The notes beneath the pieces were generated by a model. It made no database searches, was not told the origin of the DNA, and was given only the letters and a program-made list of their open reading frames with translations. Positions 1 through 13,048 of a stretch of 64,000 bases of DNA are shown here, in pieces. Numbering within the stretch: the stretch's first letter is position 1; each line of letters opens with the position of its first letter. Source of the DNA: Iphione sp. A-MEVVRFRX5 (lineage: Eukaryota); NCBI GenBank assembly GCA_976226885.1, contig OZ320313.1, positions 248,001 to 312,000 on the forward strand, written 5' to 3'. Both the position numbers and the translations under genes were made by a program.

Positions 1-96
1 GCTGCCTTTCCAACCTGCCAAATGTCACTTAGACTTATCCATTGCTGCCGGGGCGGGGCAGCCCGGCAATACATCCCCAAGCATAGGGTTGCTTTG

Positions 97-1140
97 TTAT
101 CGCTGGGAGCGAGCTTTGGCCACCTCATATGTCCACTGCCCGGCATCCACTGGCACGTCATCCAGCCACCCCAGTCCGGGCTGCAGGTCTTGCAGGAGTT
201 TCTCCGCAGCTTCTACAGACCGGTTGTGTCGACTAAACGTGGCATCTGGTTTCCCCCAGTCCCCCAGTTGGGGAAACTGAAGTCTGGGCAACAGCAGCCA
301 TGGCCGCTTGTGAAGGGGGGTGAGTAGCGGTCGTGGTGCGCCCCCTCCATTGGCCAGGTGAAGTGTCCTTGCTAGGCCAACACAGGCCAGAAAACGCTGA
401 CCGGGCGCCCACTCCTCCCAACCCTTTGGAGGCCAGATGAGAGCTGGCGGCAGTCGTATGGGGGAGGGGGCAGCTGACTTCCGCACCGCTGTCATAAACG
501 GCGTGATAAGCCCGTCCAGAATATCCCGGGCTCGGGGTAAGGCCTGTTGCACCCGGTCTGGAGACAGGAGTAAGTGTGCTAGGCAAGCAATCCTGCCTCC
601 CTTAGCAAGGGAGGGCAGAGGGGGCGACAGGTCAGGGTCGTTGGTTGAATGTTGCAGTTGCGCCACTAGGTTCCCTACCTCCAGGTCATCCCAGTCAGAT
701 GGTAACCCCAGAGACAACTGGGCAGCTGAAGGGTGGTCTCCGTCACCATCTGTAAACCACCCCCCCCCCCCCAAAGAGGAGGAGGGGCAGAGACTGTGTC
801 AATCAGGGGCTCCCTTGTCTAACAGTGGACCACCGATAGGGACGATGATCGTCCTGTCCCCTTGAGACTGTTCCTGGGCTATCCTTGGGAGCCCCGAGGT
901 CGACGGCAAGGGTTCGTTGGCTGCAGCGGACATCGGTTGTGCAGCGCTGTCGGCCGGGGTCTGAGCTATGTGTAGGGTCCCTGAGGATGACTGCCCGAGC
1001 CTGGCTGCTGGAGCAACTACTGGGGGAATCTGTTGCAGAGTGCAGCCAGTGGGGTCCAGTGCTGAAGGCCGAGCTGAAGGGGTGGTGATATGGCGGATCT
1101 TAGGTGGAGAGGACCGACCAGGGGCGTTGGCCAACATGGT
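97..1140 (-). other. Uncharacterised GC-rich ORF region now fused in frame to the Gypsy RT fragment (one TGA at 799-801)
   Basis: ORFs 799..1656 and 97..774 are in the same frame, separated by one stop. A Pro/Ala/Ser-rich linker is followed by a more globular-looking 225-aa stretch with no motif I recognise. Confidence 0.35.
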
Positions 1141-1945
1141 TTCGGCCTCCTCCTCTGAGCCCCACATGAACTTCATGCAGGCAGTGGTGAGGCGGTTCAG
1201 TGGAGCTGCCACACTAGCGAACTGAGGAACATGGCATCGGTAGTAAGAGCAAATCCCCAGGAATGCCCGAACGTCGGTAGTGCTCTTCAGGGTCGGCCAT
1301 TCCACGATGCACTTGGTCTTAGCGGGGTCGGTGGCCACCCCTTTTTGGGAAACCACATGTCCCAGGAAACCAACTTCCTCCAGGAACAGTTGGCACTTGG
1401 CCGGTTTCAGTTTTAGTCCTGCCTCCACTATTCGGGTCAATACTCTGTCAGGGTGCTCCAGTGTCTCAGGAAAGTTTTGCCCAAATACCAGAATATCATC
1501 CAGGTAGACAAGGCACTGTCCCCAAGCCAGCCCACATAACACAGTATCCATGAGGCGTTCGAAGGTGGCTGGGGCATTGACCAACCCAAAAGGTATCACA
1601 GTGAATTCATACAGCTCCACCGAGAACGCAGTCTTCTCGTGATCATCCAGGTGCATGCGCCCCTGCCAGTACCCAGAAGCGAGCCCCAGCTAGGGTACTC
1701 AGAGAGTCATCAATTCTGGGGAGAGGATATGCATCCACCTTTGTCTGTTGATTCAGTTTCCTATAGTCCACGCAGAAGCAAGTTGTACTATCCTTCTTCC
1801 AAACCATCATGACTGGGCTGGACCAGGGACTACTACTCTCCTCTATCACCCCCTAGCAATACTGGTTGGGTCCCTGCTTCAAGCAGGTCACAGAGTACAG
1901 TCCCCGCTCCCACAAGGCAGCCTTCCTTCTCCTCCACAATAGGTA
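1141..1945 (-). pseudogene. Gypsy/Ty3 LTR-retrotransposon reverse transcriptase fragment (frameshifted, RNase H and integrase missing)
   Basis: SPWSSPV..VWKKD..FCVDYRKLN..YPLPRIDD (1643-1849), then after a frameshift FGLVNAPATFERLM..VYLDDILVF..GLKLKPAKCQL..FLGHVVS..VRAFLGICSYYR..FMWG (to about 1141). These are typical Gypsy RT motifs. Homology stops abruptly after WGSEEEAE. Confidence 0.9.
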
Positions 1946-2399
1946 GGTAAATCATATCACGGTGTCAATCATTATAAATTATATATCCAAGGCAGTCATC
2001 ACTGATGCATTTATAGAATCATCAAAGGCTTCACAGTAGTGATTTAGTAGATCATAGATAATTTTGGCTGGGCACAATTTAACAGAACAAGTGATTTCAT
2101 GAACATATTTATGTAAAGGATCATATTGATTTAAGATCGATGGCTTATCTTGAATATATATACCTGTTAACCCATATGATATAATCTGATGTACTTGCAT
2201 CAGACCAGATATGCTAAACATAGACTTGTTGTATCATTATTATGTTTTTTATTATTGGGAAATACTTTAATTAAGTGTAATACTGTGTTGTTACTTTAAA
2301 CAGAATTTTAATCTACACTTCTATAACAAATTCTTGAAACTTTAATTAATCTCAAACAAAGACACAATGTCTTTCATGATATCAGTCAATTATTCATGA

Positions 2400-3850
2400 T
2401 GTATGGGGGGCTTTTCTGGCATAGTCTTTGTCTGATGAAGATAAGGATCAATATATGTTATGTAAAATAATTCACTACCATGGCTTAAATGAAGGAACCT
2501 TTGCAGTGATCATCAGAAGGAAGTTTTAATATAAATGCCTATCTCTCCGTAATTGGTGTTATTTATAGAAATAGCTTGCATGGGGAAAGGTATTTGTTTT
2601 ACTTGTACTTACATGTCTTGTTTGGTTTTCCCACAAAGGTGATGAAATCAATACTTAATAGATACATCCATTCAGTACGTAGGTCTACTTCCCAGTATGT
2701 ATTTCTAGGCAGATCTTGACAGGTGTATGGTCCCCATCAGTGAGATTAAGTGCATAGGGTATTGTAGTTTTTTGAGAGAGACATTTGTTCGAGCTGTAAG
2801 TAAGAGTGCAACTCAAAACATAAAGTAAAGTAAAGTTGACGCCTAACAATGGTTATAATATTTTACAAATATTGTGGAGTCCTGACATTGAGCATGAACG
2901 ACCTAAAAGTAGACTTAGACTAACAAATATGACACCAGGTGTAGTGCTCAAAGCTGTCAAAAATTAATCTAGGCAAGGTATCAGGAATATTATATATCCC
3001 ATTAAATATGTAAAAATGAGGTTGCAACTGAGTAGAAGCTAGAAAATATCAGCCCAATTTATATATGGGCACCTAAATGGCCGATAAGTGTTTTACCAGC
3101 CCTAGCAAAAATATTAGAGAAGGTTGTTTATGAGTAGACACTAAATGTATGAAAGACTATGATTTACTGTAAAAACATCAATATTGGTTTAGAAATGAAA
3201 GATCTGTAGATGAGCTGATTGAAAATAACTGACACTATGCATTTGGCATTCAATAATAAGTTGGGTTTGGGAAGGTTGCTACCCTTGATGAGGTCAGACT
3301 TAACTGGGTGACTGATGGAGTAATTGTAAACGTTTCTTGACCAATATTAATGACTTTTAAAAGCAATTTTCTTGCAATGACATTGAAAAACAATTTCATC
3401 AGCAGTTCAACATCGAAATAAATGCCTCTACATATAACAGCCCATTAGAAGGGGATATTATTATACTGTAAAATTTTGCAGGATATGATTTATTTCCTAA
3501 TCAGCTAATCCTAGCTGTTCCGCATATATGAGAGTAGTAGTGTCCTGGACTATAGGCAGTTTAGGTCTACTTATTTGTATTATGCTCTATTAATGCATGT
3601 GCTACTTGATCAGAAGTGTTCTCCCTGAACTGGAAAGAGACTCCTACTCAAGGCAGGGTATGTCATCTAGAGTAGTGTTGAAATAACTCTGGCGTGTAGT
3701 GTGAAATGGTGCATGAATCCATAGACTAACAAAGAAACCTTTTCTTAACACCACCTCTTCCGATGGAAAACTAGCCAACTACTGACTATAACACAGTGTA
3801 TTTTATCTGATGACGTATCTATCATCTTAATCTTTGCTTTCATGCCGTAT
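2400..3850 (+). mobile_element. Highly decayed non-LTR retrotransposon (CR1/L2-group APE plus RT remnant)
   Basis: VIGVIYRNS at 2549-2575 (APE-like GVIYR) and PISVLPALAKILEKVVYE at 3081-3134 (RT RPIS motif). Many stops; boundaries approximate. Confidence 0.6.
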
Positions 3851-5041
3851 TTCCTTGCGTTTTCCCTTCATTCTTAAAGCAGTCTACTGCACCTGCTGAC
3901 CCTGTGGTCTGGGGTTATTTACTGAGGTAAACACAAAGCAAGAATCGCCTCCACAAGAGCTTTAGCGCAGGCATTTGTTCAGAGTTGTACAGTATCTAAA
4001 GCCATTGCAACAGTTTAGTAACCTAGGTAGAAATGCACAGGCCTAGAGCAGACATTTGTATATTATGTTATGCTATGCCAGCAGTTTTTAATTGCTAGAT
4101 CAGCCCTGTACAGCATAGGGTATGCCCGCCTGTGCAGCAACATGTTACACGGCCAGAAACTCTGTATGGTTTTCTACTGATTTTATTGATTGTGAAAAAA
4201 GGCAAATGATATGAGTGTCTCATATCTCTTCCCAAGCTTTAGTTTGTCATCCATTAAAAAATCACATCATTACAAGAACAAATGTATAAGCACTGTTGTA
4301 GGATCATTTAGATATTTCTTCACACTGGGGAGATGGGCTAATCGGTGAGCTTCGTAGACCTCATTCATAAATATTTGAGGTAATATTTGCTGAATTAAAA
4401 AAACGCATAGGTAATAATGCCCTTGCGGGGCATATCCGACAGTAATACTTTGGCATGTACCTTCTTTACCACTTCCTATTACCACAGATGAAGTTCTGTC
4501 TTATAGGCTCCTCACCTGGTATCTGGATTTTCAATCTGATGTCACTTCAAATAATCCACTAACAGTATATCAGCTAGAGTGTGAGCGAGTGCCTTCATAA
4601 GCATCTTTCCCTACAGCAACCATTTATTGAGCCCTTAAGCATTGCCATCAATGGGAGGGGTAAATGTTAGTATTACAGACAATATCATTCACTTTTAACA
4701 GCATAACGGAGATATATTGACAATGATTCACAGCAAATGTGAGGATTCAAAAGGATACAAAAATGAGTGTCTATACCTTTCAGAGCCTTAGACAGGATGC
4801 CGCTCGTGCATGACAGAAGCATGTGTCGGTGTGTATCACAGTTTGAATAAAGGTGATGATGTGTTGTTAGAAGCAACACTCTTAAAACAGGGTAATATTG
4901 TATAATGTTTGAACCAATGTAAGTTGCCGTGAAATAAAAGTAACATTATGTTAGTGTGAGATAATGTTATGTGACATTATGAAGATATTACTTTAATGGA
5001 AGCAGTATTGGAATAATGTTATGTTATGTATAGTGTACAGA

Positions 5042-5102
5042 TATTAATCACGTGGTCAGTGACGTCATACCAAGGGAAGAGCCGTGCGCGCTTCTAGTCA
5101 TT
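5042..5102 (+). repeat. DIRS left terminus / left ITR
   Basis: 5042-5080 is the exact reverse complement of 11320-11358. 5058-5102 is the inverted copy of 11523-11567. Contains the palindrome TGACGTCA. Confidence 0.9.
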
Positions 5103-6299
5103 CTGTGCTTATCACTTGGAGTGAACAGACGTGGGTCTGTTTGCTCCAGGTATTCTAGTCGATCTCCACCTCCTCTGACAAATGTCATTGAAAGGGGGGA
5201 TTATCAGAGTATGTAAGGGCTCAGGAGGCTCCCCTTCTGGCCAAATGTAGCCCTGGCATATTCGACAAGTTAGTGAGACACTTTTCTTTGCCAGAAAAAG
5301 CTCTCACACTCACACACCCTGATCTTCTTGGGGAGTGTGGAACTGAACGAGGTTACACATTGGTAATGTCACTTGCCTTGCTCAGAAAGTCTCCTTGAGG
5401 TATCCTGGTGAAAATCAGGTATAAATCCTCGGAGCCAGGTCTGGCCTCGGCCCGCACCTGAGTTCTGCACCGATCCGAGGTCTGTGGACATGTTTTGGTC
5501 CAAGATTTCAAAATGGCCGCAGAACGCTCAAACTTGGCGAGAACAATGCGGGACTGGCCCGCAACGTTCTGTGAAAATCCTGAGGAGATCGGGACCAGTT
5601 CGGGTCCAGATCCTCCACCTGGTCAGAATGGACTGAAACTCGGTATATATGTGACAGGCCTGGCCCGCAACGTACCAGTAAAGTCTTACGAAAATCGGGG
5701 CCAGTTCGGGTCCACATTTTCAAACTGGCCAAAGGACGCCAAGAAGTAGGTCACAGGCAGCACGCCTCCCCTACAGTACTCTGGATAAGTCTTAGCGCTA
5801 ACTGACACTAACTCCGGGTACAAAGGTCACTCATTTTCGCGGCACGACCCGCGAGTCCCCGCCTCCCCGTGACGTCATGGTTGGTTGGGCGTAACCGTTA
5901 GCGCTAGCACGTATTGGGGACTCCCCCTCGCTTATGTCAGAGAAATCTCAGTGCGATTTGCTTGCGGAAAACCCCCTGGGGGACCATACAGGAGCTAGCA
6001 CTCCCCCGCCCCGCACTCAGCTTGTATTAAGCCGATTAGGCTGAAATTTGCAGTGTACCTGCGCCCTACTCGGGGCAATGTGCATATAAAAAATTGTGTT
6101 GATATATTAAGTACAACCGATTTTATCGCGGGTTCTAAGTCGGCAAGTTCACCGCACTCCAGAGTTTCGGAGCCAGGCCAGGCGAACCTAGAGCCTCGGG
6201 GTTCTAAGTTCGGCCACACCTGGACCTAAGCCTCATACATATGCATGAGAAGTTTCAGGCAGATAGCCTTGACCGTCTCCGAACTAGAGGTGAAACTAT

Positions 6300-9200
6300 G
6301 GAGGTGCCCAGAGGCATGGGCATTAGGACCCAGAAATGGGACAGATTCTGGCTTCTCCAGCTAAGAGTCGACCCGTATAGATCTCCTGGCCCGCAACACG
6401 ATGGTGCAATCCGTTTTGCTCTACAAGTCTCCGTTGCGGAGCTATAGGTGGTTTTGTGTGGTACCGCAATGTCTTCGGATCGCCACCAAACTCACCAGTC
6501 CGACCCTTGGGGGCCCTGCGGACATTCGGAGCGAGTTTGGAGGTGCCACAACCACCAGGAGAGACAAAAACGATGGTTTTGCCCATTTAATTTTCTCATC
6601 GGATCTATATAGATCTAGTGGCCCGCAACACGATGGTGTAACCCGTTTTGCTCTATGAACCTCCGTTGCGGAGCTATAGGTGGTTTTTTGGGCGAAACCG
6701 TAAGGTTCTGGGATCGCCACCAAACTCGCCAGTCCTACCCTCGGGGGCTCTAAGGACGTCCACAGCGAGTTTGGAGGCGCCACAACCACCAGATGTGACA
6801 AAAACAACGTTTTTGTCCAGTTTATTTTCTCTGCGGATCTGTATAGATCTTTTGGCCCGCAACACAATGGTGAAATCCGTTTGGCTCTACGAGCCTCCGT
6901 TGCGGAGCTATGGGTGGTTTTATGCTGAACCGTAAGTTTCTTGGATCACCACCAAACTCGCCAGTCCTACCCTCTGGGGTCCCACGGACGTTCGGAGCGA
7001 GTCAGGGGGTGCTACAACCACCAGGAGAGACAAAAACGATGGTTTTGTCCACTTAATTTTCTCATCGGATCTATATAGATCTCTTGGCCCGCAACACGAT
7101 GGTGAAATCCGCTTTGCTCTACGAGCTCTCGTTGCGGAGCTATGGGTGGTTTTATGCGGAACCGTAAGGTTCTCGGACCGCCACCAAACCCGCCAGCCCT
7201 GCCCTCGGGGGTTCTACGGACGTCCACAGTGAGTTTGGGGGCGCAACAACCACCAGATGTGACAAAAACGACGTTTTTGTCCAGCTCATTTTCTCTGCGG
7301 ATCTGTACAGATCTTTTGGCCCGCAACACTATGGTGAAATCCGTCTTGCTTTACGAGCCTCCGCTGCGGCGCTATAGATGGTTTTGTGCGGAACCGTAAG
7401 GTTCTCAGATCGCCACCAAACTCGCCAGTCCTACCCTTGGGGGCCCCGCGGGCATCCAGAGCGAGTTTGGGGGTGTCACAACCACCAAACACGGCAAAAA
7501 CGATGTTTTTGTCCAGTTCATTTTCTCAGCGGATCTGCATAGACCTGGTGGCCCGCAACACAGTGGTGAAATCCGTTGGGCTCTACGAGCCTCCGTTGCG
7601 GAGCTATAGGTGGTGTTGTGTGGAACCGTAAGGTTCTTGGATCGCCACCAAACTCGCCAGCCCTACCCTAGGGGGTTTTACGGACGCTCAGGGTGAGTTT
7701 GGAAGCGCCACAACCACCAGACGCGACAAAAACACCGGTTCTGGCCAGTTCACTTTTTCAGTGGATCTGTATACATCTCTTGGCCCGCAACAAGATGGTG
7801 AAACCCGTTCGGCTCTACGAGCTCTCGTTGCGGAGATACGGGTGGCTTTGTGCTGAACCGTAAGGTTCTCAAATCACCACCAAACCCACCAGTCCTACCC
7901 TCGGGGCCCCTGTGGACATCCTGAGCGAGTTTGGAGGTGCCACAGCCACCAGACAGGGCAAAAACGACGGTTTTGCCCAGTTCATTTTCTTAGCGGATTT
8001 ATATAGATCCTTTGGCCCGCAACACGATGGTAAAATCCGTTCGGCTCTACGAGCCTCTGTTGCGGAGCTATGGGTGGTTTTGTGTGGAACAGTAAAGTTA
8101 TTGGATCGACACCAAACTCGTCAGTCCTACCCTCGGGGGTCCTACGGACGCCCACAACGAGTTTGGAAGCGCCACACCCACCAGACGCGGCAAAAACACC
8201 GCTTTTGCCCAGTTCATATTCTCAGAGGATCTGTATAGATCTCTTGGCCCGCAACATGACGGTGAAACCCGTTTGGCTCTACGAGCCCCCGTTGCGGAGA
8301 TATGGGTGGCTTTGTGCTCAACCGAAAGGTCCTCGGACCACCACTAAACTCGCCAGTCCTACCCTTGGGGGTTCTGTGGACATCCGGAGCGAGTTTGGAG
8401 GTGCCACAGCCACCAGACAGGGCAAAAACGACGTCTTTGGCCAGTTCAATTTCTTTGGGATCTGGATAGATCTCTAGGCCCGCAACACGATGGTGAAAGC
8501 CGTTTGGCTCTACGAGCCTCCGTTGCGGAGCTACAGGTGGTTTTGTGCTGAACCGTAAGGTTCTCGGATCACCACCAAACTCGCCAGTCCTACCCTTGGG
8601 GGTCCTTTGGACGTCCGGAGCGAGTTCGGAGGTGCCACAGCCACCAAACATGACAAAAACGACATTCTCGTCCAGTTCATCTTCTTAGCGGATCTATATC
8701 GATCTCCTGGCCCGCAACACAACGGTGAAATCCGTTCGGCTCTGCGAGCTTTCGTTGCGGAGTTATGAGTGGTTTTGTGCTGAACCGTAAGGTTCTCGGA
8801 TCACCACCAAACTCACCAGCCCCACTCTCGAGGGCCCTGGGGACGTCTGCAGCGAGTTTGGAGGGGCCACAACCACCAGGAGTGGGAAAAATGATGCTTT
8901 TGTCCAGGAAAAACTTTCAGTGGATCTGTATAGATCTCCTGGCCCGCAATGCAACAGGGAAAACCGTTCCGCTCTACGAGTTTCCGTTGTGGAGCTACGG
9001 GTGGTTCTGTGCAGACATGCAATGTCGGCGGATCACCACCAAACTTGCCAGTCCTACTCTTGGGGGCTTGTCGGACACCCTGTGTGAGTTTGGAGGTTGC
9101 AGAACCACCGAGGGACGCAAAGACCCTGGTTTTGTCCCTCTAAATCTCTCGGTCAGCAAGGGGAAACTTTGAGGGTCCGGCCTCACTGTCGGAGCAATCC

Positions 9201-9975
9201 AAGAGGGACTTGCGATTGGCTGCGACATGTGAGCCGGGACGAAAGGGCCATCAAGGACCCCTCTGTACACGTCGAGATATACCCCGATGCATCGAAGACA
9301 GACCACCACCAAACTTGCCAGTCCTACCCTTCGGGGATTTACGGACACCCTGTCTGAGTTTGGAGGTGACATAACCACCAAAGGACACGAAAACGCTGTT
9401 TTCGTCCCTTTAAGTTCTCCAGTGGATCTGTACAGATCCCTCGGCCCGCAACGCCACGGTGAAAACCGTTTCGCTCTACGAGCCTCCGTTGCGGAGCTAT
9501 GGCTGGGTTTGTGCAGACATGCAATGCCTGGGGACCACCACCAAACTTGTCAGTCCTACCCTTGGGGACATTACGGACATTCTGTGTGAGTTTGGAGGTG
9601 GCAGAACCGCTGAGGGATGCAAAAACTCTGTTTCTTGTCCCTTTGACTTTTCAGTGGATCCGTATAGATCCTTTGGCCCGCAACGCAACGGTGAAAACCG
9701 TTTCGCTCTACGAGCTTCCGTTGCAGAGCTACGGGGGGTTTTGTACAGACATGCAATACCTGCGGATCCCCACCAAACTTGCCGGTCCTACCCTTGGGGG
9801 ACTTACGGACACCCAGGGCGAGTTTCGAGGTGGCAAAACCACCGAGGGACGAAAAAATTGCGGGTTTTGGTCCCTTAATCTCTGCAGTGGATCTGTATAG
9901 ATCCCTTGGCCCGCAGCGCAATGGTGAAAGCCGCTTCGCTCAACAAGCTCTCGTTGCGGAGGTCAGGCTGCCCTG
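6300..9975. repeat. 232-bp tandem satellite, about 16 units, inside the DIRS element
   Basis: GGCCCGCA motif at 6388, 6620, 6854, 7086, 7318, 7550, 7782, 8014, 8246, 8477, 8709, 8941, a replaced unit near 9180, then 9443, 9675, 9908. Confidence 0.95.
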
Positions 9976-10357
9976 TGCAGACATAAAAAGTCACCATAGG
10001 CAGTGGGTGCCACCAAGGGGCCTGTTCGGCCTCGGGTTTGCCCCACTAGTTTAGACGACCCCAGGCTCCAACTGCGCGCTGGGGGTGTGTCGCCAATGGA
10101 AGGACCCACATCAGGATCCAGTCAACTACTAGGAGGCACAATTCGCCAGTTGACTGCTGGCAGCACATACAGTGGAGACAATCCAAACGTCAAGACGCTT
10201 GAGGGCCTGAACCTGTTGCCAGGTGCCAGCACCCCTCCGGGGAGAAAGAGGGGGGGGTACAGGTAGCCGGCAGGGTTGCTGGAGAGGCACTGGAGAGGAC
10301 AAAATGGCCTACCACTGTGACAAAGTATAAGACCCATAAATCGGCTGACCAGGAACG

Positions 10358-11061
10358 TTGGGCCCAACCCTAGGAGTGTGTGCTGGCCCATGCGGAGCAC
10401 AACCAGAAACACTGGCTATGCCCGGGGCTCAACACCGCTTGGGGGGTGACTCTGACATGAGCCCAAGTGGGATTAGCCCAACCCTCAGGGGACTAGCCAG
10501 CTGGGCAAGGCCCACACCGGGAACCGTATGCCTCCTGGCCTCCGGCCAGAGAGTGCAGACGCTACAAGTGACGAAATGGGCGGACGTGTGTTTCGAGCAT
10601 GACGCATGCCACACTCAGGTCTCAGGCAGACTCAACATTCCAGGAACACTTTTGAAGATCCCACTCTGATCTTCAAGCTGTTCGAGGACAGGTCACTGTG
10701 AGTGTATGAACACTTAGCAACATACATCACGGCAACAAACGCTTTTGCGCACAAAGGGGCCCTGCTCATAGGATACTCACACAGGACCCCAGCGACAGGG
10801 ACTACCCTGGCTAAGTATACGAAAGACACTCTCAAGGCGAGCGGCCTCGACACAGACAGGTTCACCGCCCACAGTACAAGATCTGCGCCCACAAGCAAGG
10901 GACCGCAGATGGGCCTGCCACGGGACACAGTCCTAAAGGCAGGTGGGTGGTCGGGTGAATCGACCTTGACATGGCTCTACCGAAGGCCGATCTGCCAGGA
11001 ACAGGTCTTTAGTCGCACAATCCTGGAGAGTGTGCAGACTACACGAACTGTAGGAAACTAA
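10358..11061 (+). pseudogene. DIRS tyrosine recombinase C-terminal remnant (frameshifted)
   Basis: LLASGQRVQTL (catalytic Arg box) in ORF 10358..10669. FTAHSTRSAPTS..KAGGWSGESTLTWLYRRPI (HxxR, W in place of the second His, catalytic Tyr) in ORF 10702..11061. Confidence 0.85.
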
Positions 11062-11319
11062 TGGATCTAGTTGAGTAGCTCAGGTGGCAGTGTCGCCAAG
11101 ACTGTTGCATTCATCCACTGACATTGACATGTGTTTTGAGAAATAAAGGCCTATGGCCAAAATCTTTTCTCAATTTGGGCCTTCTGAGTGCCTTTATTGG
11201 GGTAGAAGGACTTTGCTCCCGATTCCCCCTTCGCCTTCGGGCATCACCTCGGGCCTTGCGGCACTCCTCGGAGAGCTGAGCAAGAGTCCAGGTGCCGGGA
11301 TACTAGCGCGGTACACAAA

Positions 11320-11428
11320 TCTTCCCTTGGTATGACGTCACTGACCACGTGATTAATACTCTAATTAAACTAGTTTACGATGTTTGATTAGGATTAATCT
11401 AGTGGGAATAGTGACGTCATACTAAGGG
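11320..11428 (+). repeat. DIRS internal complementary region (ICR)
   Basis: The first part pairs with the left end. The second part (11357-11428) pairs with 11549-11620 with 2 mismatches. Together they spell the complement of the circle junction ...TTAGAG-TA-TTAATC... Confidence 0.9.
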
Positions 11429-11522
11429 CCCGCCCTGGGTAACCTCGAATCCACATTGGCGTAGGACTCGGTTCCCTTCCTCACCCAGATCAGCCAGTAT
11501 CCCGGCACCAGAATTGGCAAAT

Positions 11523-11620
11523 AATGACTAGAAGCGCGCACGGCTCTTCCCTTAGTATGACGTCACTATTCCCACTAGATTAATCCTAATCAAACGTCAT
11601 AAACTAGTTTAATTAGAGTA
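11523..11620 (+). repeat. DIRS right ITR plus 3' extension
   Basis: Inverted match to the left ITR, followed by an extension that pairs with the ICR. Confidence 0.9.
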
Positions 11621-13048
11621 GAAATACTAAAAGTAAAGCCTACTGCAGAGTAACGTCTCTGACGAAAAATTTGTTTGTCTGGCAGGAACTTGTGTTCTCT
11701 CCTGCAATTCTTCATATCAGTGCTAAACATAACTGGACTTAAAACAGTGTAAAGCCATTGTATTTCATGTCGAGTCACTGTGTGAACAATGCAGATATTA
11801 TCAGTGATCCTTGACAAGACCCTAGATGCTGGGCGCTTGTGACGTCCTGATATCTAAGTCGTAATGACTCATTGTATCTTTGCCATGGATGTGTTGTCAC
11901 TATTGGTATATAATGAGAGCAGCCAGACACTCTCATCGGACTCGCCTTCCTGCTGCTGCTGAATTGCTGACTCACTGTACTAGTTGCTGACGAAGAATAA
12001 AAGGCTGATATTGAACCTGACGCTGTGGTGTTGGCTTTGTGCTACAGGTGAGGCTTCTTGATGGGAGGAGAAATCAGCTGAGAAGTAATCAGTGATTAGA
12101 CACTGATGCCCATCCTTAATTCTGTGAGAAGGATCTACTGAAATAGGGGCTTTATGGCTGTACAAATAAATTTACTGTTTTGAACAGGAGCTGTAAATAG
12201 GGGGTTAATTGTCTGGGAAATTACAGCAGATTTTGTAATCAATGTTAGCTTAGAGGAAAACCAAAGAACACCACATCAAAAAACATGCCGTTGTAATGTT
12301 TCTTTGTCTGATGAGTGCTGACAGTTAGCAGGCTTTAACCCCTTGCCGTCCGCGTCAAAAGACGTCATTCACATGCATCCAGAGCGGTTCATAGCTATTA
12401 TGTTTTAAATTCGTTCTGAATGAGGAAACGTATAAACTGAAGCTGCCATTAGATAAAAATTGTAATAGTCGTCATCCTAGTATATTTTTAAAGACTATTT
12501 TTAGAAATAAAAAATAGTATTTCTCCTTATGAAGGTGTAATGTATGTACGTAAAATTTGTTTTATCTTACGTCATTTCCGAAAAACATATGTTTTTGAGG
12601 TGAAATATTATTTGTACCGGCTAGACCTCTGGAGATGAATTAATAAGGAAGTCATAAGCATCAAAATGGTGAAAACAGAATAAAAATTGATTCATCCTAA
12701 ACTTACGTATGATCTTGAAAAGAGTAGTACGCTGTTGCCGTGACATAATGTAATGACGGTTACGCAGGATGTAAACAACTTTTATGACGTTGTTTTCCGG
12801 CTCTCTTCAAATAATACTTATATTGTGATAAAAGTTTTTCTAATCTGTACCAATGTCATTTAAATGACTAGGAATGGTAATATCTTGATTATTTTGAAAA
12901 AAAAATAAATATTTTGTCCGTTCATTAAATATGTACGTGACGTACATCCTGTGACAACACGTGCTGGTACGGAGCGGACAGCGAACATCGTTTACATTGT
13001 GAAATTGTAAAAATACGTGATCAAAGGCAGCACATCGACCATCAAAAC

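Larger units (their letters stand above)
5042..11620 (+). mobile_element. Non-autonomous DIRS1-type (tyrosine recombinase) retroelement with complete terminal structure
   Basis: Inverted terminal repeats 5058-5102 / 11523-11567 (44 of 45 nt match). ICR 11320-11428 is complementary to both outer ends. YR remnant at 10358-11061. TA at both boundaries (5042-5043, 11619-11620) and no TSD, as expected for YR integration. Confidence 0.9.

Noticed and set aside
1979-2221. Minus-strand ORF faintly resembling a LINE RT segment
   Set aside because: Only scattered residues match; too weak to call.
6241-9921. Many overlapping ORFs in the satellite
   Set aside because: The 232-nt period is not a multiple of 3, frames break in every unit, and there are no motifs.
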